The notes beneath the pieces were generated by a model. That model worked only from the letters and a program-made list of their open reading frames with translations, was not told where the DNA came from and made no database searches. A program made the position numbers and the translations under genes. This document shows, in pieces, positions 48,845-57,826 of a stretch of 64,000 nucleotides of DNA. Each line of letters begins with the position of its first letter. The first letter of the stretch is position 1. This DNA comes from an uncultured Lachnospiraceae bacterium (GTDB lineage: Bacteria; Bacillota; Clostridia; Lachnospirales; Lachnospiraceae): positions 19,966 through 83,965 of the forward strand of contig CAUWLL010000007.1 in NCBI GenBank assembly GCA_963559605.1, in the 5' to 3' direction.

Positions 48845-50191
48845 TTAAGATACAACCAAGCCTTCTGATTTGATCACGTCGATCACCTGATTTACATATT
48901 GCGCGCAGAGTTCATCTGTAGCAGCCTCGACCATCACTCGGATCACCGGCTCTGTACCGCTTTCTCTTACAAGAATACGCCCGTCATCTCCAAGGGCTTC
49001 TGTCACTGCGTCAATTGCTTTGAGCACTTCCGCATTCTCTCTTGCTGTCTGTTTATTTGCCACACGGACATTTTTTAAAAGCTGCGGATAAATCTTTACT
49101 TCTTCTGTCAGTTTTCCAAGTGTCTGCTTCTTTTCCATGATCACTTCCATCAACATCAGAGAGGTTAAGATACCGTCCCCGGTTGTTGCATGTTTGCTGA
49201 AAATAATATGACCGGACTGTTCGCCTCCGAGGGAGAAGTTATTGCGCACCATATTTTCGTATACATACTTATCTCCTACGGCAGTCTTTTCATACTTCAG
49301 CCCCGCTTTATCACAAGCTTTGTAAAGCCCTAAGTTTGACATGATCGTTGTCACGATCGTATCTCCGTTCAAACGTCCCTGTTCTTTCAAATATTTTCCG
49401 CACACATAAAGGATCAGATCGCCATCCACTACATTTCCGTTTTCGTCTACCGCAATACACCTGTCTGCGTCTCCGTCATAAGCAAAGCCCACGTCCAGAC
49501 CTTTCTCTTTTACAAACGCCTGCAGCACTTCAATATGTGTAGAACCACAATTGGTGTTAATATTAGTTCCGTCCGGTTCGTTATTGATCACATAAGTCTT
49601 AGCGCCCAGCGCGTCATAAACACTTTTGGCAATGGCAAATGCACTTCCGTTCGAGCAGTCCAGACCAATCTTCATATCTTTAAAGGAACGAGTCGCAAGA
49701 GAAATCAGATGCCCAATATAACGATTTCTTCCGGCAGCATAATCTACGGTGCGACCAATCGCCTCTTTTTTTGCCAGGGGTAATTCGTCAACCTTCCCGT
49801 CAATATATGCTTCTATTTTTTCCTCAACTTCAGCTTCTATCTTATGTCCTTTTCCGTTGATAACTTTGATACCGTTATCATAATACGGATTGTGACTTGC
49901 TGAAATCATAATACCACAATCAAAATCTTCCGTCCTCGTCACATAAGACACACTTGGTGTGGTCGTAACATGAAGAAGGTAAGCATCCGCACCGGATGCG
50001 GTAAGTCCTGCCGCCAATGCATACTCAAACATGTAACTGCTTCGTCTCGTATCTTTTCCGATGACCACGCGGGCTTTGTGCTCCTGCCCGAAATACCAGC
50101 CTAAGTATCTTCCCACCTTAAAAGCATGCTCCACTGTTAATACTTCATTCGCTTCTCCTCGGAATCCGTCTGTTCCAAAATATTTTCCCAT
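48845..50191 (-). CDS. glmM: Phosphoglucosamine mutase
   Basis: GKYFGTDGFRG, ISASHNP, DGDADR, GGEQSGH, RESGTEP. Confidence 0.95.
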   Translation of the reverse strand: MGKYFGTDGFRGEANEVLTVEHAFKVGRYLGWYFGQEHKARVVIGKDTRRSSYMFEYALAAGLTASGADAYLLHVTTTPSVSYVTRTEDFDCGIMISASHNPYYDNGIKVINGKGHKIEAEVEEKIEAYIDGKVDELPLAKKEAIGRTVDYAAGRNRYIGHLISLATRSFKDMKIGLDCSNGSAFAIAKSVYDALGAKTYVINNEPDGTNINTNCGSTHIEVLQAFVKEKGLDVGFAYDGDADRCIAVDENGNVVDGDLILYVCGKYLKEQGRLNGDTIVTTIMSNLGLYKACDKAGLKYEKTAVGDKYVYENMVRNNFSLGGEQSGHIIFSKHATTGDGILTSLMLMEVIMEKKQTLGKLTEEVKIYPQLLKNVRVANKQTARENAEVLKAIDAVTEALGDDGRILVRESGTEPVIRVMVEAATDELCAQYVNQVIDVIKSEGLVVS

Positions 50192-50282
50192 AGTTGATTC
50201 TCCTTCGCGTCATTTGGCTTATTTACCGTTTTTTTTGCACAATCGGTTTTTACATCTTTGTTATTATATAGTTTTTTACAAA

Positions 50283-50370
50283 AAAATGCAACTGAGGACG
50301 TAGTATTTTTTAATTTTACTACGTCCTCAGTTGCATTTTGGGGTGTACCCAAATGAAAAACAGGGTGTAC
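50283..50370. repeat. Dispersed palindromic repeat copy: perfect 23-bp inverted repeat plus two GGTGTACC units
   Basis: AAAATGCAACTGAGGACGTAGTA (50283-50305), 11-nt loop, complement at 50317-50339, then GGGGTGTACCCAAATGAAAAACAGGGTGTACC. Confidence 0.85.
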
Positions 50371-51762
50371 CTATTTGTTTAAAATACTTCTCGCAACATA
50401 TAATCCGTTGGCAGATGCCTGCTGTAATCCTCGGGTAATAGAGGCCCCGTCCCCCATGGTCCGAAGTCCTTTAATGTTCGTTTCAAACTTATCATTTACG
50501 ACTACTTTATTCGAATAGAATTTTACCTCCACTCCATAAAGCAGTGTTTCATCAGAAGCAATCCCCGGTGTTACTTTATCAAGCGCCTGGATCATCTCGT
50601 CAATTGCCACCATAATCCGATGCGGGAATACTAAAGATAAATCCCCGGGAACAGCGTCTTTTAAGGTCGGCGTAATGTTATTTCTCAGCAAACGCTCTTC
50701 CGTCGTACGTCTTCCTCTGCGAAAATCGCCGTACCTCTGCAACAGGATCTTGCCGTCACAAAGCATGTTTCCAAGCTGGGCAATGTGTTTACCATACTCA
50801 ATCGGTGACTTAAACGGCTCAGTAAAGTTCTTGGATACTAAAAGGGCAAAGTTCGTATTCTTCGTTTTCATATCCTGGGATTTGTAAGCGTGTCCATTTA
50901 CCACAGCGAGCCCTTCGTCATAATATTCTGTCGCAACCTCTCCGGACGGGTTGGTACAAAATACTCTTACCTTGTCGTCAAAGGTCGGCGTATAATAAAC
51001 GAGCTTCGCCTCATATAACTTCTCATTAAGCTCTTTCATAATCTCATCTCGGACTTCTACACGGACACCTACATCTACTGTACCATTCTTCGTCTCAATA
51101 TTATGCTCTTTACAAATATGAGAAAACCACTCCGAACCTTCACGCCCGATTCCTGCCACTATTTCCGGCGCATAGTATTCCTCGCCTTTGTCTGTAACAA
51201 CACCTTTTGCCACTCCATCTTCCACGATAATATTTTTCACCATGGTCATAAACTGAATCTCTACACCACTGGCAATCAGGTGCTCCTGAAGTCTGGTATA
51301 GATCTTATACCCTTCTTCTGTTCCCAGATGACGGATTGGACATTCGATCAATTTTAGGTTGGCACGGATTGCTTTGGAGCGAATCCGTTCAATCGCCTCA
51401 TAATCATCCACTCCGTAAACCTTCTCATCCGCACCAAATTTCAGATAAATACTGTCCGCTTCGTTGATAAGCTCTATAGTTTTATCATAGCCCAGAATCT
51501 CCGGAAGCGTTCCGCCAACATCCGGTGATAGAGATAATTTTCCATCCGAAAATGCTCCCGCTCCGGCAAACCCTGTAGTAATAGAGCAAGGCTGACAGCC
51601 TACACATACTTTTGTCTTTCTCTTCGGACATTGTCTCTGTTCAATAGAACGTCCCTTTTCAATCATAAGCACCTTCATATCCGGTTTCTGCCTGATCAAC
51701 TCATAGGCGCAGAAAATACCGGATGGTCCGGCGCCGATAATAATCACATCATATTGCTTCAT
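50371..51762 (-). CDS. Uncharacterized FAD-dependent oxidoreductase with an N-terminal Cys cluster
   Basis: IIIGAGPSG dinucleotide fold, CPKRKTKVCVGCQPC, GAGAFSDGKL, GVEVKFYS; start moved to 51762. Confidence 0.85.
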   Translation of the reverse strand: MKQYDVIIIGAGPSGIFCAYELIRQKPDMKVLMIEKGRSIEQRQCPKRKTKVCVGCQPCSITTGFAGAGAFSDGKLSLSPDVGGTLPEILGYDKTIELINEADSIYLKFGADEKVYGVDDYEAIERIRSKAIRANLKLIECPIRHLGTEEGYKIYTRLQEHLIASGVEIQFMTMVKNIIVEDGVAKGVVTDKGEEYYAPEIVAGIGREGSEWFSHICKEHNIETKNGTVDVGVRVEVRDEIMKELNEKLYEAKLVYYTPTFDDKVRVFCTNPSGEVATEYYDEGLAVVNGHAYKSQDMKTKNTNFALLVSKNFTEPFKSPIEYGKHIAQLGNMLCDGKILLQRYGDFRRGRRTTEERLLRNNITPTLKDAVPGDLSLVFPHRIMVAIDEMIQALDKVTPGIASDETLLYGVEVKFYSNKVVVNDKFETNIKGLRTMGDGASITRGLQQASANGLYVARSILNK

Positions 51763-51774
51763 AAATTTCCTTTC

Positions 51775-51875
51775 TAGGACGTAGCCCTTTTCAAAAGGGC
51801 TACGTCCTAATTTGCATTTTGACCTGTACCTTTTTGCATTTTGACCTGTACCCAAATGTAAAATAGGGTGTACCC
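51775..51875. repeat. Dispersed palindromic repeat copy with an internal 20-bp duplication
   Basis: TAGGACGTAGCCCTTTT-C-AAAAGGGCTACGTCCTA (51775-51809); TTTGCATTTTGACCTGTACC at 51811-51830 and 51833-51852. Confidence 0.85.
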
Positions 51876-51877
51876 GA

Positions 51878-53056
51878 CTAGTGATGGAACAATCTTAATC
51901 CTGTAAAGAACATCACCATACCATACTTATTACAGGTGTCGATAACATGGTCATCTCTCACAGAACCGCCCGGCTGTGCAATATATTTTACCCCGCTTTT
52001 ATGTGCGCGCTCAATATTATCGCCAAACGGAAAGAAAGCATCAGAGCCAAGGCTTACGTCTGTCAATTTGTCAAGCCACTCTCTTTTTGCTTCTCTTGTA
52101 AATACTTCCGGTTTTTCTTTGAAAATCTTCTCCCACGCGCCGTCTGCAAGCACATCCATATAATCCTCACCAATATAAAGGTCAATGGCGTTATCTCTGT
52201 CAGCGCGGCGAATATTATCTACAAACGGAAGACTCATCACCTGTGGAGACTGTCTCAACCACCAATTATCTGCTTTAGAACCGGCAAGGCGTGTGCAGTG
52301 GATCCTGGACTGCTGCCCTGCGCCGATACCGATCGCCTGCCCGTCTTTCACGAAGCAAACAGAGTTAGACTGTGTGTATTTTAACGTGATCATGGAAATG
52401 GCAAGGTCAATCTTTGCCTGTTCCGTCAGTTCTTTATTCTCTGTCACAATATTGGTGAAAAATTCATCGTCGATCACCAATTCATTTCTTCCCTGCTCAA
52501 AAGTAATCCCGAATACTTCTTTTCGTTCCAACTGTCTCGGTACATAATCCGGGTTAATCTGAATCACATTATAATTGCCGTTTTTCTTTGCTTTTAAAAT
52601 CTCCAGCGCCTCCGGCTCGTATCCCGGTGCAATAACACCGTCGGAAACCTCTCTCTTGATCAGTTTTGCCGTGTCTACGTCGCACACATCGGACAAAGAG
52701 ATAAAATCTCCAAAGGAGGACATTCTGTCCGCTCCTCTTGCTCTGGCATAGGCACTTGCAAGGGGTGAAAGCTCTCCCAGATCATCTACCCAGTAAATCT
52801 TTGCCAATGTATCGTCAAGGTGCAGACCTACCGCCGCACCTGCCGGAGATACATGCTTAAAGGAAGTTGCCGCCGGAAGTCCGGTAGCTTTTTTAAGCTC
52901 GCTCACTAACTGCCAGCCGTTAAATGCGTCTAAGAAGTTAATATATCCCGGTCTGCCGTTTAACACTTCAATAGGCAGCTCTTCTCCGGTCTCCATATAG
53001 ATTCTGGAAGGTTTCTGATTGGGGTTACAGCCATACTTTAATTCTAATTCTTTCAT
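51878..53056 (-). CDS. purH: AICAR transformylase (stand-alone, lacks the IMP cyclohydrolase domain)
   Basis: Starts at LKYGCNPNQ; FKHVSPAG, KYTQSN, GAGQQSR, SDAFFPF, QPGGS. Confidence 0.92.
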   Translation of the reverse strand: MKELELKYGCNPNQKPSRIYMETGEELPIEVLNGRPGYINFLDAFNGWQLVSELKKATGLPAATSFKHVSPAGAAVGLHLDDTLAKIYWVDDLGELSPLASAYARARGADRMSSFGDFISLSDVCDVDTAKLIKREVSDGVIAPGYEPEALEILKAKKNGNYNVIQINPDYVPRQLERKEVFGITFEQGRNELVIDDEFFTNIVTENKELTEQAKIDLAISMITLKYTQSNSVCFVKDGQAIGIGAGQQSRIHCTRLAGSKADNWWLRQSPQVMSLPFVDNIRRADRDNAIDLYIGEDYMDVLADGAWEKIFKEKPEVFTREAKREWLDKLTDVSLGSDAFFPFGDNIERAHKSGVKYIAQPGGSVRDDHVIDTCNKYGMVMFFTGLRLFHH

Positions 53057-53105
53057 ATTCTCGCTCCTTCTAAATCATGTATCTTTTTAAATTATCTTCA
53101 TCATC

Positions 53106-53819
53106 CTACCGGTTCTTGTTTACGATCTTTGTCTCATAAGTACCTGTCGCAATATCAATATAACGTACAAAGAGAGACACTTTATTCTCCTCATTCAAAC
53201 TATTCCAGAGCAAATCCACAAACTCCTCCATGTTATCCGGAATAGCAATCATTTTCGGCTCTCCCTCAAAACTTGGCAATGGATTCCCGTCACATTTATA
53301 CGTATGGATGAAATGTCCTTCTCCTGCCGCCGGATTTTCATAGGCAAATGTATAGCGACGGCAACTGTCTGCATTTCCGTTGTTACTCTTTAAAATAGAC
53401 ATTGCATAGTTATATTTCCCATTTTCGATATGCATGATACCGGAAATACGTGGTGTATAATTTGGAGCGTCAGGCTCAAATTCTCTGCTTCGAAGCGACT
53501 GCTCAAACGTCATCTGCTTGTCCATTCCTTCATAAATCGTATCAGTCTGATCTCCGTTTGTCACAATTGTTTTATTCCCAAGTACACGCACCGGCGCATA
53601 AATAATAAGGCTCGGGTCGGTCAGTTTCGCAGGATCGAATGCCTGTGTGCGAATTCCCTGCCCATCCTCTACAAATACACGGTTACGGCTGTTCTCACTT
53701 CTTCCCATAATAAAATAAGCAGTTACAGCCTTACTTCCGTCTGCACTCCTGCCTATAATGATCCCGCGTCCCGGATATGAATTTTCTTTCAATTCTTTTT
53801 CAATTGATAACATTTCCAT
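53106..53819 (-). CDS. IMP cyclohydrolase, PurO-like
   Basis: YPGRGIIIG, YFIMGRS, SRNR, TNGDQT, EPDAPNYTPRISG; directly upstream of the truncated purH. Confidence 0.85.
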   Translation of the reverse strand: MEMLSIEKELKENSYPGRGIIIGRSADGSKAVTAYFIMGRSENSRNRVFVEDGQGIRTQAFDPAKLTDPSLIIYAPVRVLGNKTIVTNGDQTDTIYEGMDKQMTFEQSLRSREFEPDAPNYTPRISGIMHIENGKYNYAMSILKSNNGNADSCRRYTFAYENPAAGEGHFIHTYKCDGNPLPSFEGEPKMIAIPDNMEEFVDLLWNSLNEENKVSLFVRYIDIATGTYETKIVNKNR

Positions 53820-54032
53820 GAATCTGTCTCCTTTTCCTTGGTTTAACTTGTCTCTGCTTCTTTATTATATAGAAAAAAGACCTCGTTTACTAGTGTAATT
53901 TGCATACTTTTGTTAAAAATATATTACTTATTTGTTACATTTTTGTTTATTTTCCATCTTGTTCTTACTTCCGTCTATCGGTTACAATGTATGCTGTTAA
54001 AATAAAATCATTCTTCAATAGGAGTTTTATAT

Positions 54033-55130
54033 ATGTCTACAACGACAAAATCAAGAGATTATCTATTTGACAATTATAAAGCATTTCTCGTTGTCCTCGT
54101 AGTTCTGGGTCACTTTATCGAGCCCTGCTGCAGAAACAACTCTGCTTTATATACCTTAAAGTGGTTTATCTTTTCTTTTCATATGCCGGCGTTTATTTTT
54201 ATCTCGGGGTATTTCTCAAAAAGAGAGCTTCCACTTTCGGTGCTGATAAAAAAATTAGCAGTTCCATATCTTGTATACCAGTTCTGCTATTACCTTTTAT
54301 ATATCGTCATATTGGGGGAAAGCACATCGTATAATCCGATTCTTCCGAAATTTTCTCTCTGGTATCTCATGGCGCTGTTTGTATGGCGCTCGCTGACACC
54401 TTATGTGAAAAAAATCCCATATTATATGCCCCTTTCTATTGTGGCAGGACTTTTCATCGGATGCGTGGATATGCAGAGTAATTTTCTCAGTATACCGAGG
54501 ATTCTGGTATATTTTCCGTTCTTTTTGGCAGGAATTAATTTTGACCGCAATATACTGGAGAAATTCCGTTCCCCGAGGTGGAGGCTGCTTTCTGCTGCCG
54601 CAATAACAGCATTTACCGTTCTCCTTTCATGGGAGCCTGTGCGTACCATGTATCCTGTAAAAATTTTCTACGGAAGATACAACTATGAATTTTTACACCA
54701 GACAATGCTTGAAGGCATCTTCGTTCGTCTTATTTGCTACGGTATCGGATTTTTCATGACCTTTGCCTTTATGATTCTGATAACGGAACGTAAAACCTGT
54801 TATTCCTACATAGGCGGACGGACAATGGCAGTTTATCTCTTCCACGGACTGATTTACACTTATATAAAAGACAGCACGGATCTGCTTCAAAATATAAATA
54901 CCGCCCCGGAGACGGCTACACTGCTTGTATTCTGTGTTGTGTTAAGTGTGGCGCTTACAATTCCACAGCTTACCGCTTTCACAAATGCAGTAACAGCTCT
55001 GCAATTACCACGTATACCCGTCTCTGTTCCGCGTGTACAGAATATCCGCTGTCGGAATCCATTCTACAAAATCCCTGTCCTTCGGACCAGTGGATATATG
55101 GCATTAGTCCTCAGCACGATAAAATTATAA
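54033..55130 (+). CDS. Acyltransferase-3 family membrane O-acyltransferase
   Basis: RDYLFDNYKA...LVVLGH, FHMPAFIFISGYFS, LWYL motifs; about 10 TM. Confidence 0.88.
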   Translation: MSTTTKSRDYLFDNYKAFLVVLVVLGHFIEPCCRNNSALYTLKWFIFSFHMPAFIFISGYFSKRELPLSVLIKKLAVPYLVYQFCYYLLYIVILGESTSYNPILPKFSLWYLMALFVWRSLTPYVKKIPYYMPLSIVAGLFIGCVDMQSNFLSIPRILVYFPFFLAGINFDRNILEKFRSPRWRLLSAAAITAFTVLLSWEPVRTMYPVKIFYGRYNYEFLHQTMLEGIFVRLICYGIGFFMTFAFMILITERKTCYSYIGGRTMAVYLFHGLIYTYIKDSTDLLQNINTAPETATLLVFCVVLSVALTIPQLTAFTNAVTALQLPRIPVSVPRVQNIRCRNPFYKIPVLRTSGYMALVLSTIKL

Positions 55131-55153
55131 ACACAGACATTTTTTATGAAATG

Positions 55154-55224
55154 AAAAAGCCTCCGGCAGGATGCACACTACAGCATAAGATGTAGATGTC
55201 GCACGTAGCTGCCGCAGGCTTTTT
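55154..55224. terminator. Long imperfect hairpin between convergent genes
   Basis: AAAAAGCCT-C-CGGCAG ... CTGCCG-C-AGGCTTTTT outer arms with inner CTACA/TGTAG pairing. Confidence 0.7.
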
Positions 55225-55237
55225 TCTATTTTGGTTC

Positions 55238-55825
55238 TCAAACCTGTTCTCCGGGTTTCACAATACGCTTTACCCACTCCTTTTTAATCTCCCAAATGTT
55301 TCCGCACACATTGAATATCGTCCAATTATCAATACGAAAGGCTCGCTTCCAGCTTTCCCGGATTCTTGCTTCCTCTTCCGGGTATTGTCCTTTGTAGCGT
55401 CCCTGAAAAAATTCGAATCCGTTGGCAACGCCTATGTCCTTCAAATGCTGTTTGTACGCCTTCTCATCCTCCTCATCGTCGGGAAGATATATGCGGTTCA
55501 GCACATAATCCCATTTCACATCATCGAAATACATGACCTTATCTTCTGGCACTTCCAACACATAAACCACCGTTCCTGGAATGGGCTTCAGACAATTGTC
55601 CGGGCTTATGGAGCACCAGATGGGTGCATGGACATCCTCCGGCTTCGGCACACGTTTTGCCGCCTCTTTTGTAAACCAGTCGTAACTCTCCATAAAGAGG
55701 GGCGCAATATCTCCGAAGTGCATCTCTACATAAGCGCGGTGATTGATAATGCGGCCGTCACGCTCCAGCTGACGCAAGGTTTTATCATTTTGACGGGTAT
55801 ATAAAGTTACTGTTTTCTCTGCCAT
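55238..55825 (-). CDS. DUF3841-like protein of unknown function
   Basis: LYTRQ, YDWF, PIWCS, LEVPEDKV, WDYVLN..YLP pattern recognised from memory. Confidence 0.7.
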   Translation of the reverse strand: MAEKTVTLYTRQNDKTLRQLERDGRIINHRAYVEMHFGDIAPLFMESYDWFTKEAAKRVPKPEDVHAPIWCSISPDNCLKPIPGTVVYVLEVPEDKVMYFDDVKWDYVLNRIYLPDDEEDEKAYKQHLKDIGVANGFEFFQGRYKGQYPEEEARIRESWKRAFRIDNWTIFNVCGNIWEIKKEWVKRIVKPGEQV

Positions 55826-55837
55826 AACGAACTCTCC

Positions 55838-57163
55838 TTAATCCAAAAATGTCTTTCTATATATCTCCCGCTCTTCTTCCGGCACGAGGCTTCCGCCTGT
55901 CGCCCACACAATATGTGTTGCCTTATTCATCTTATGACCGAGTTGATTTTCCGCAATATATTTTCTCGTCTCCTCATAATTCAACAGGTTTACCGGACCT
56001 GCAAATGCCGCACATGCGCTTGGCTCTATGAAAATATTTTCCGTATCAAGAAGCGCCCGCATATATTCATACAGCCACTTGTCTTCTACTGTAAATTCGC
56101 CGCTCAAGATTGGCTCCATAACTTTGCCTACAAAGCCAGAAGGCCGTCCTACCGCAAGCCCATCTGCATGGGTGATTCCTGTAAGCCCAACGTCTTGTAC
56201 GCAAATCCGATTATGAAGTTCTGTCGCCATGCCCAGCACCATACACGGAGCTTGCGTTGGCTCCACAAAAAATACATGAACATGATCTCCCCACACGGTC
56301 TTCAAACCAAAGGCAACTCCTCCCGGCGCTCCGCCCACACCACATGGAATGTAGACGAATAAAGGATGTTCTTCATCCACTTTGATCTTCCGTTCTTCTA
56401 TCTGCTTTTTTAGTCTTCTCGCCGCGACTGCATAGCCCATAAATAAATCTTTTGAATTTTCATCATCTACAAAATAGCTTTTCGGGTTGGCATCTGACTC
56501 TTTCCGCCCATTTTCCACTGCTTTACTATAATCCCCTTCATATTCTATTACGGTCACGCCATGACTTCGAAGCAAATCTTTCTTCCACTGCTTTGCATCC
56601 GCCGACATATGCACAATGGCATGATAGCCAACTGCCGCGCTTGCGATACCGATACTAAGCCCTAAGTTTCCGGTGGAACCGACCTGCACAGTGTATTGAC
56701 TGAAAAATTTCCGACATTCTTCCGATGCCAGTTTTGCATAGTCGTCATCTGCTGTAATCAATCCTTCTCGCAACGCCAATTCTTCTGTATGCTTTAGCAC
56801 TTCATAGATTCCGCCTCTTGCTTTCACAGAACCTGCAACCGCCAGATGACTGTCCTGTTTAAGAAGCAGATTTCCCTCTATTCTTTCTCCGTAGGCAGCA
56901 TTCAAAAAACGCTTCATTTCCGGTATCGGCGTCAAAGCCGACTCAATCATTCCGTTTTGTCCTGCCGTTTCTGGAAAGCACTTCATAATAAACGGAGCAA
57001 ATCGCTTTAATCTTTCTTCTGCCTCATCAATTTCTTCCGTAGTAACGGAAATGTTCTCCTTAGCATCTTCCCACGGCAAAGCCCTCGGATTTACCCAGCC
57101 AATTTCCGTTCCCTCAGAAATCTTACACACAACCGGATTTGTCAGATACGTGTTTTCCCTCAT
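55838..57163 (-). CDS. dsdA: D-serine ammonia-lyase
   Basis: [20 protein letters not shown] lysine, [28 protein letters not shown]. Confidence 0.93.
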   Translation of the reverse strand: MRENTYLTNPVVCKISEGTEIGWVNPRALPWEDAKENISVTTEEIDEAEERLKRFAPFIMKCFPETAGQNGMIESALTPIPEMKRFLNAAYGERIEGNLLLKQDSHLAVAGSVKARGGIYEVLKHTEELALREGLITADDDYAKLASEECRKFFSQYTVQVGSTGNLGLSIGIASAAVGYHAIVHMSADAKQWKKDLLRSHGVTVIEYEGDYSKAVENGRKESDANPKSYFVDDENSKDLFMGYAVAARRLKKQIEERKIKVDEEHPLFVYIPCGVGGAPGGVAFGLKTVWGDHVHVFFVEPTQAPCMVLGMATELHNRICVQDVGLTGITHADGLAVGRPSGFVGKVMEPILSGEFTVEDKWLYEYMRALLDTENIFIEPSACAAFAGPVNLLNYEETRKYIAENQLGHKMNKATHIVWATGGSLVPEEEREIYRKTFLD

Positions 57164-57253
57164 ACGTGCCTCCTCCTTTTGTACTTTTCTTGTAAACTAA
57201 TCATAACAAACTTTTCGCTTTATCGCAATAAAGAGAACATCCTACAAAAAGTC

Positions 57254-57283
57254 AAAAAAGAGCCGACTTACATCAGCTCTTTT
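57254..57283 (-). terminator. Terminator of the low-GC cassette
   Basis: GAGCTGA/TCGGCTC stem followed by TTTTTT on the minus strand. Confidence 0.75.
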
Positions 57284-57288
57284 CATTA

Positions 57289-57669
57289 TCAGATATTAAT
57301 ATATATCGGTATATCGTCTATTTTCTTCATGTCTATCTTATCTGTCCCCTCTATACCTACTATGGTAATTGTTTCTTTATCTACAGTCACTTCATAAAGC
57401 TTTTCTACTTTCTCTGATTTGAGTTTATAGGTTTTGTAGTCAGCATCCGTCGGATAATATTCCCCTTTATCTATAATTCTATCCTGCTGATATAATAAAT
57501 AGGTTCCCTCTTTCTCAAACACTAAATAAGTGGCATCTACATCCATTCCATTATAGTAAGTTCCTTTAAGAGGTTCATTATTATCAGAAATATAGATTCC
57601 ATAAATAATACTACATATGCACAATAAAATTGCTAATACACTTAACGTCTTTTTTGCTTTACTACTCAT
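57289..57669 (-). CDS. Low-GC membrane-anchored hypothetical protein
   Basis: 126 aa, one N-terminal TM, beta-rich remainder; own promoter and terminator. Confidence 0.8.
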   Translation of the reverse strand: MSSKAKKTLSVLAILLCICSIIYGIYISDNNEPLKGTYYNGMDVDATYLVFEKEGTYLLYQQDRIIDKGEYYPTDADYKTYKLKSEKVEKLYEVTVDKETITIVGIEGTDKIDMKKIDDIPIYINI

Positions 57670-57708
57670 CTTTAGTTCACCTCTTTATGGTCCTTTTTAT
57701 TTAATCTC

Positions 57709-57737
57709 ATTATATCTATAGATTTATACGTTGTCAA
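57709..57737 (-). promoter_or_regulatory. Perfect-consensus SigA promoter
   Basis: TTGACA (57737-57732)-N17-TATAAT (57714-57709). Confidence 0.8.
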
Positions 57738-57826
57738 TAGTGTATCTTTGTTCTATGTGTTTTTGATATGTATAATATCTATTATAATCGTATCGGGTTT
57801 TTATCGCCTCTTAAATTGTCATTTTG

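Noticed and set aside
51763-51855. Supplied 31-aa N-terminal extension of the oxidoreductase
   Set aside because: It runs through the repeat element; a good RBS precedes ATG 51762, where the Rossmann fold begins
51775-51875. CRISPR repeat or IS terminal repeats
   Set aside because: There are no unique spacers, no transposase between the copies and no target duplication; kept only as a REP/MITE-like repeat
53820-54030. ZTP or purine riboswitch, or PurR box, before the IMP cyclohydrolase gene
   Set aside because: The region is AT-rich, the likely -10 is only about 45 nt from the start codon, and no aptamer or PurBox motif is visible
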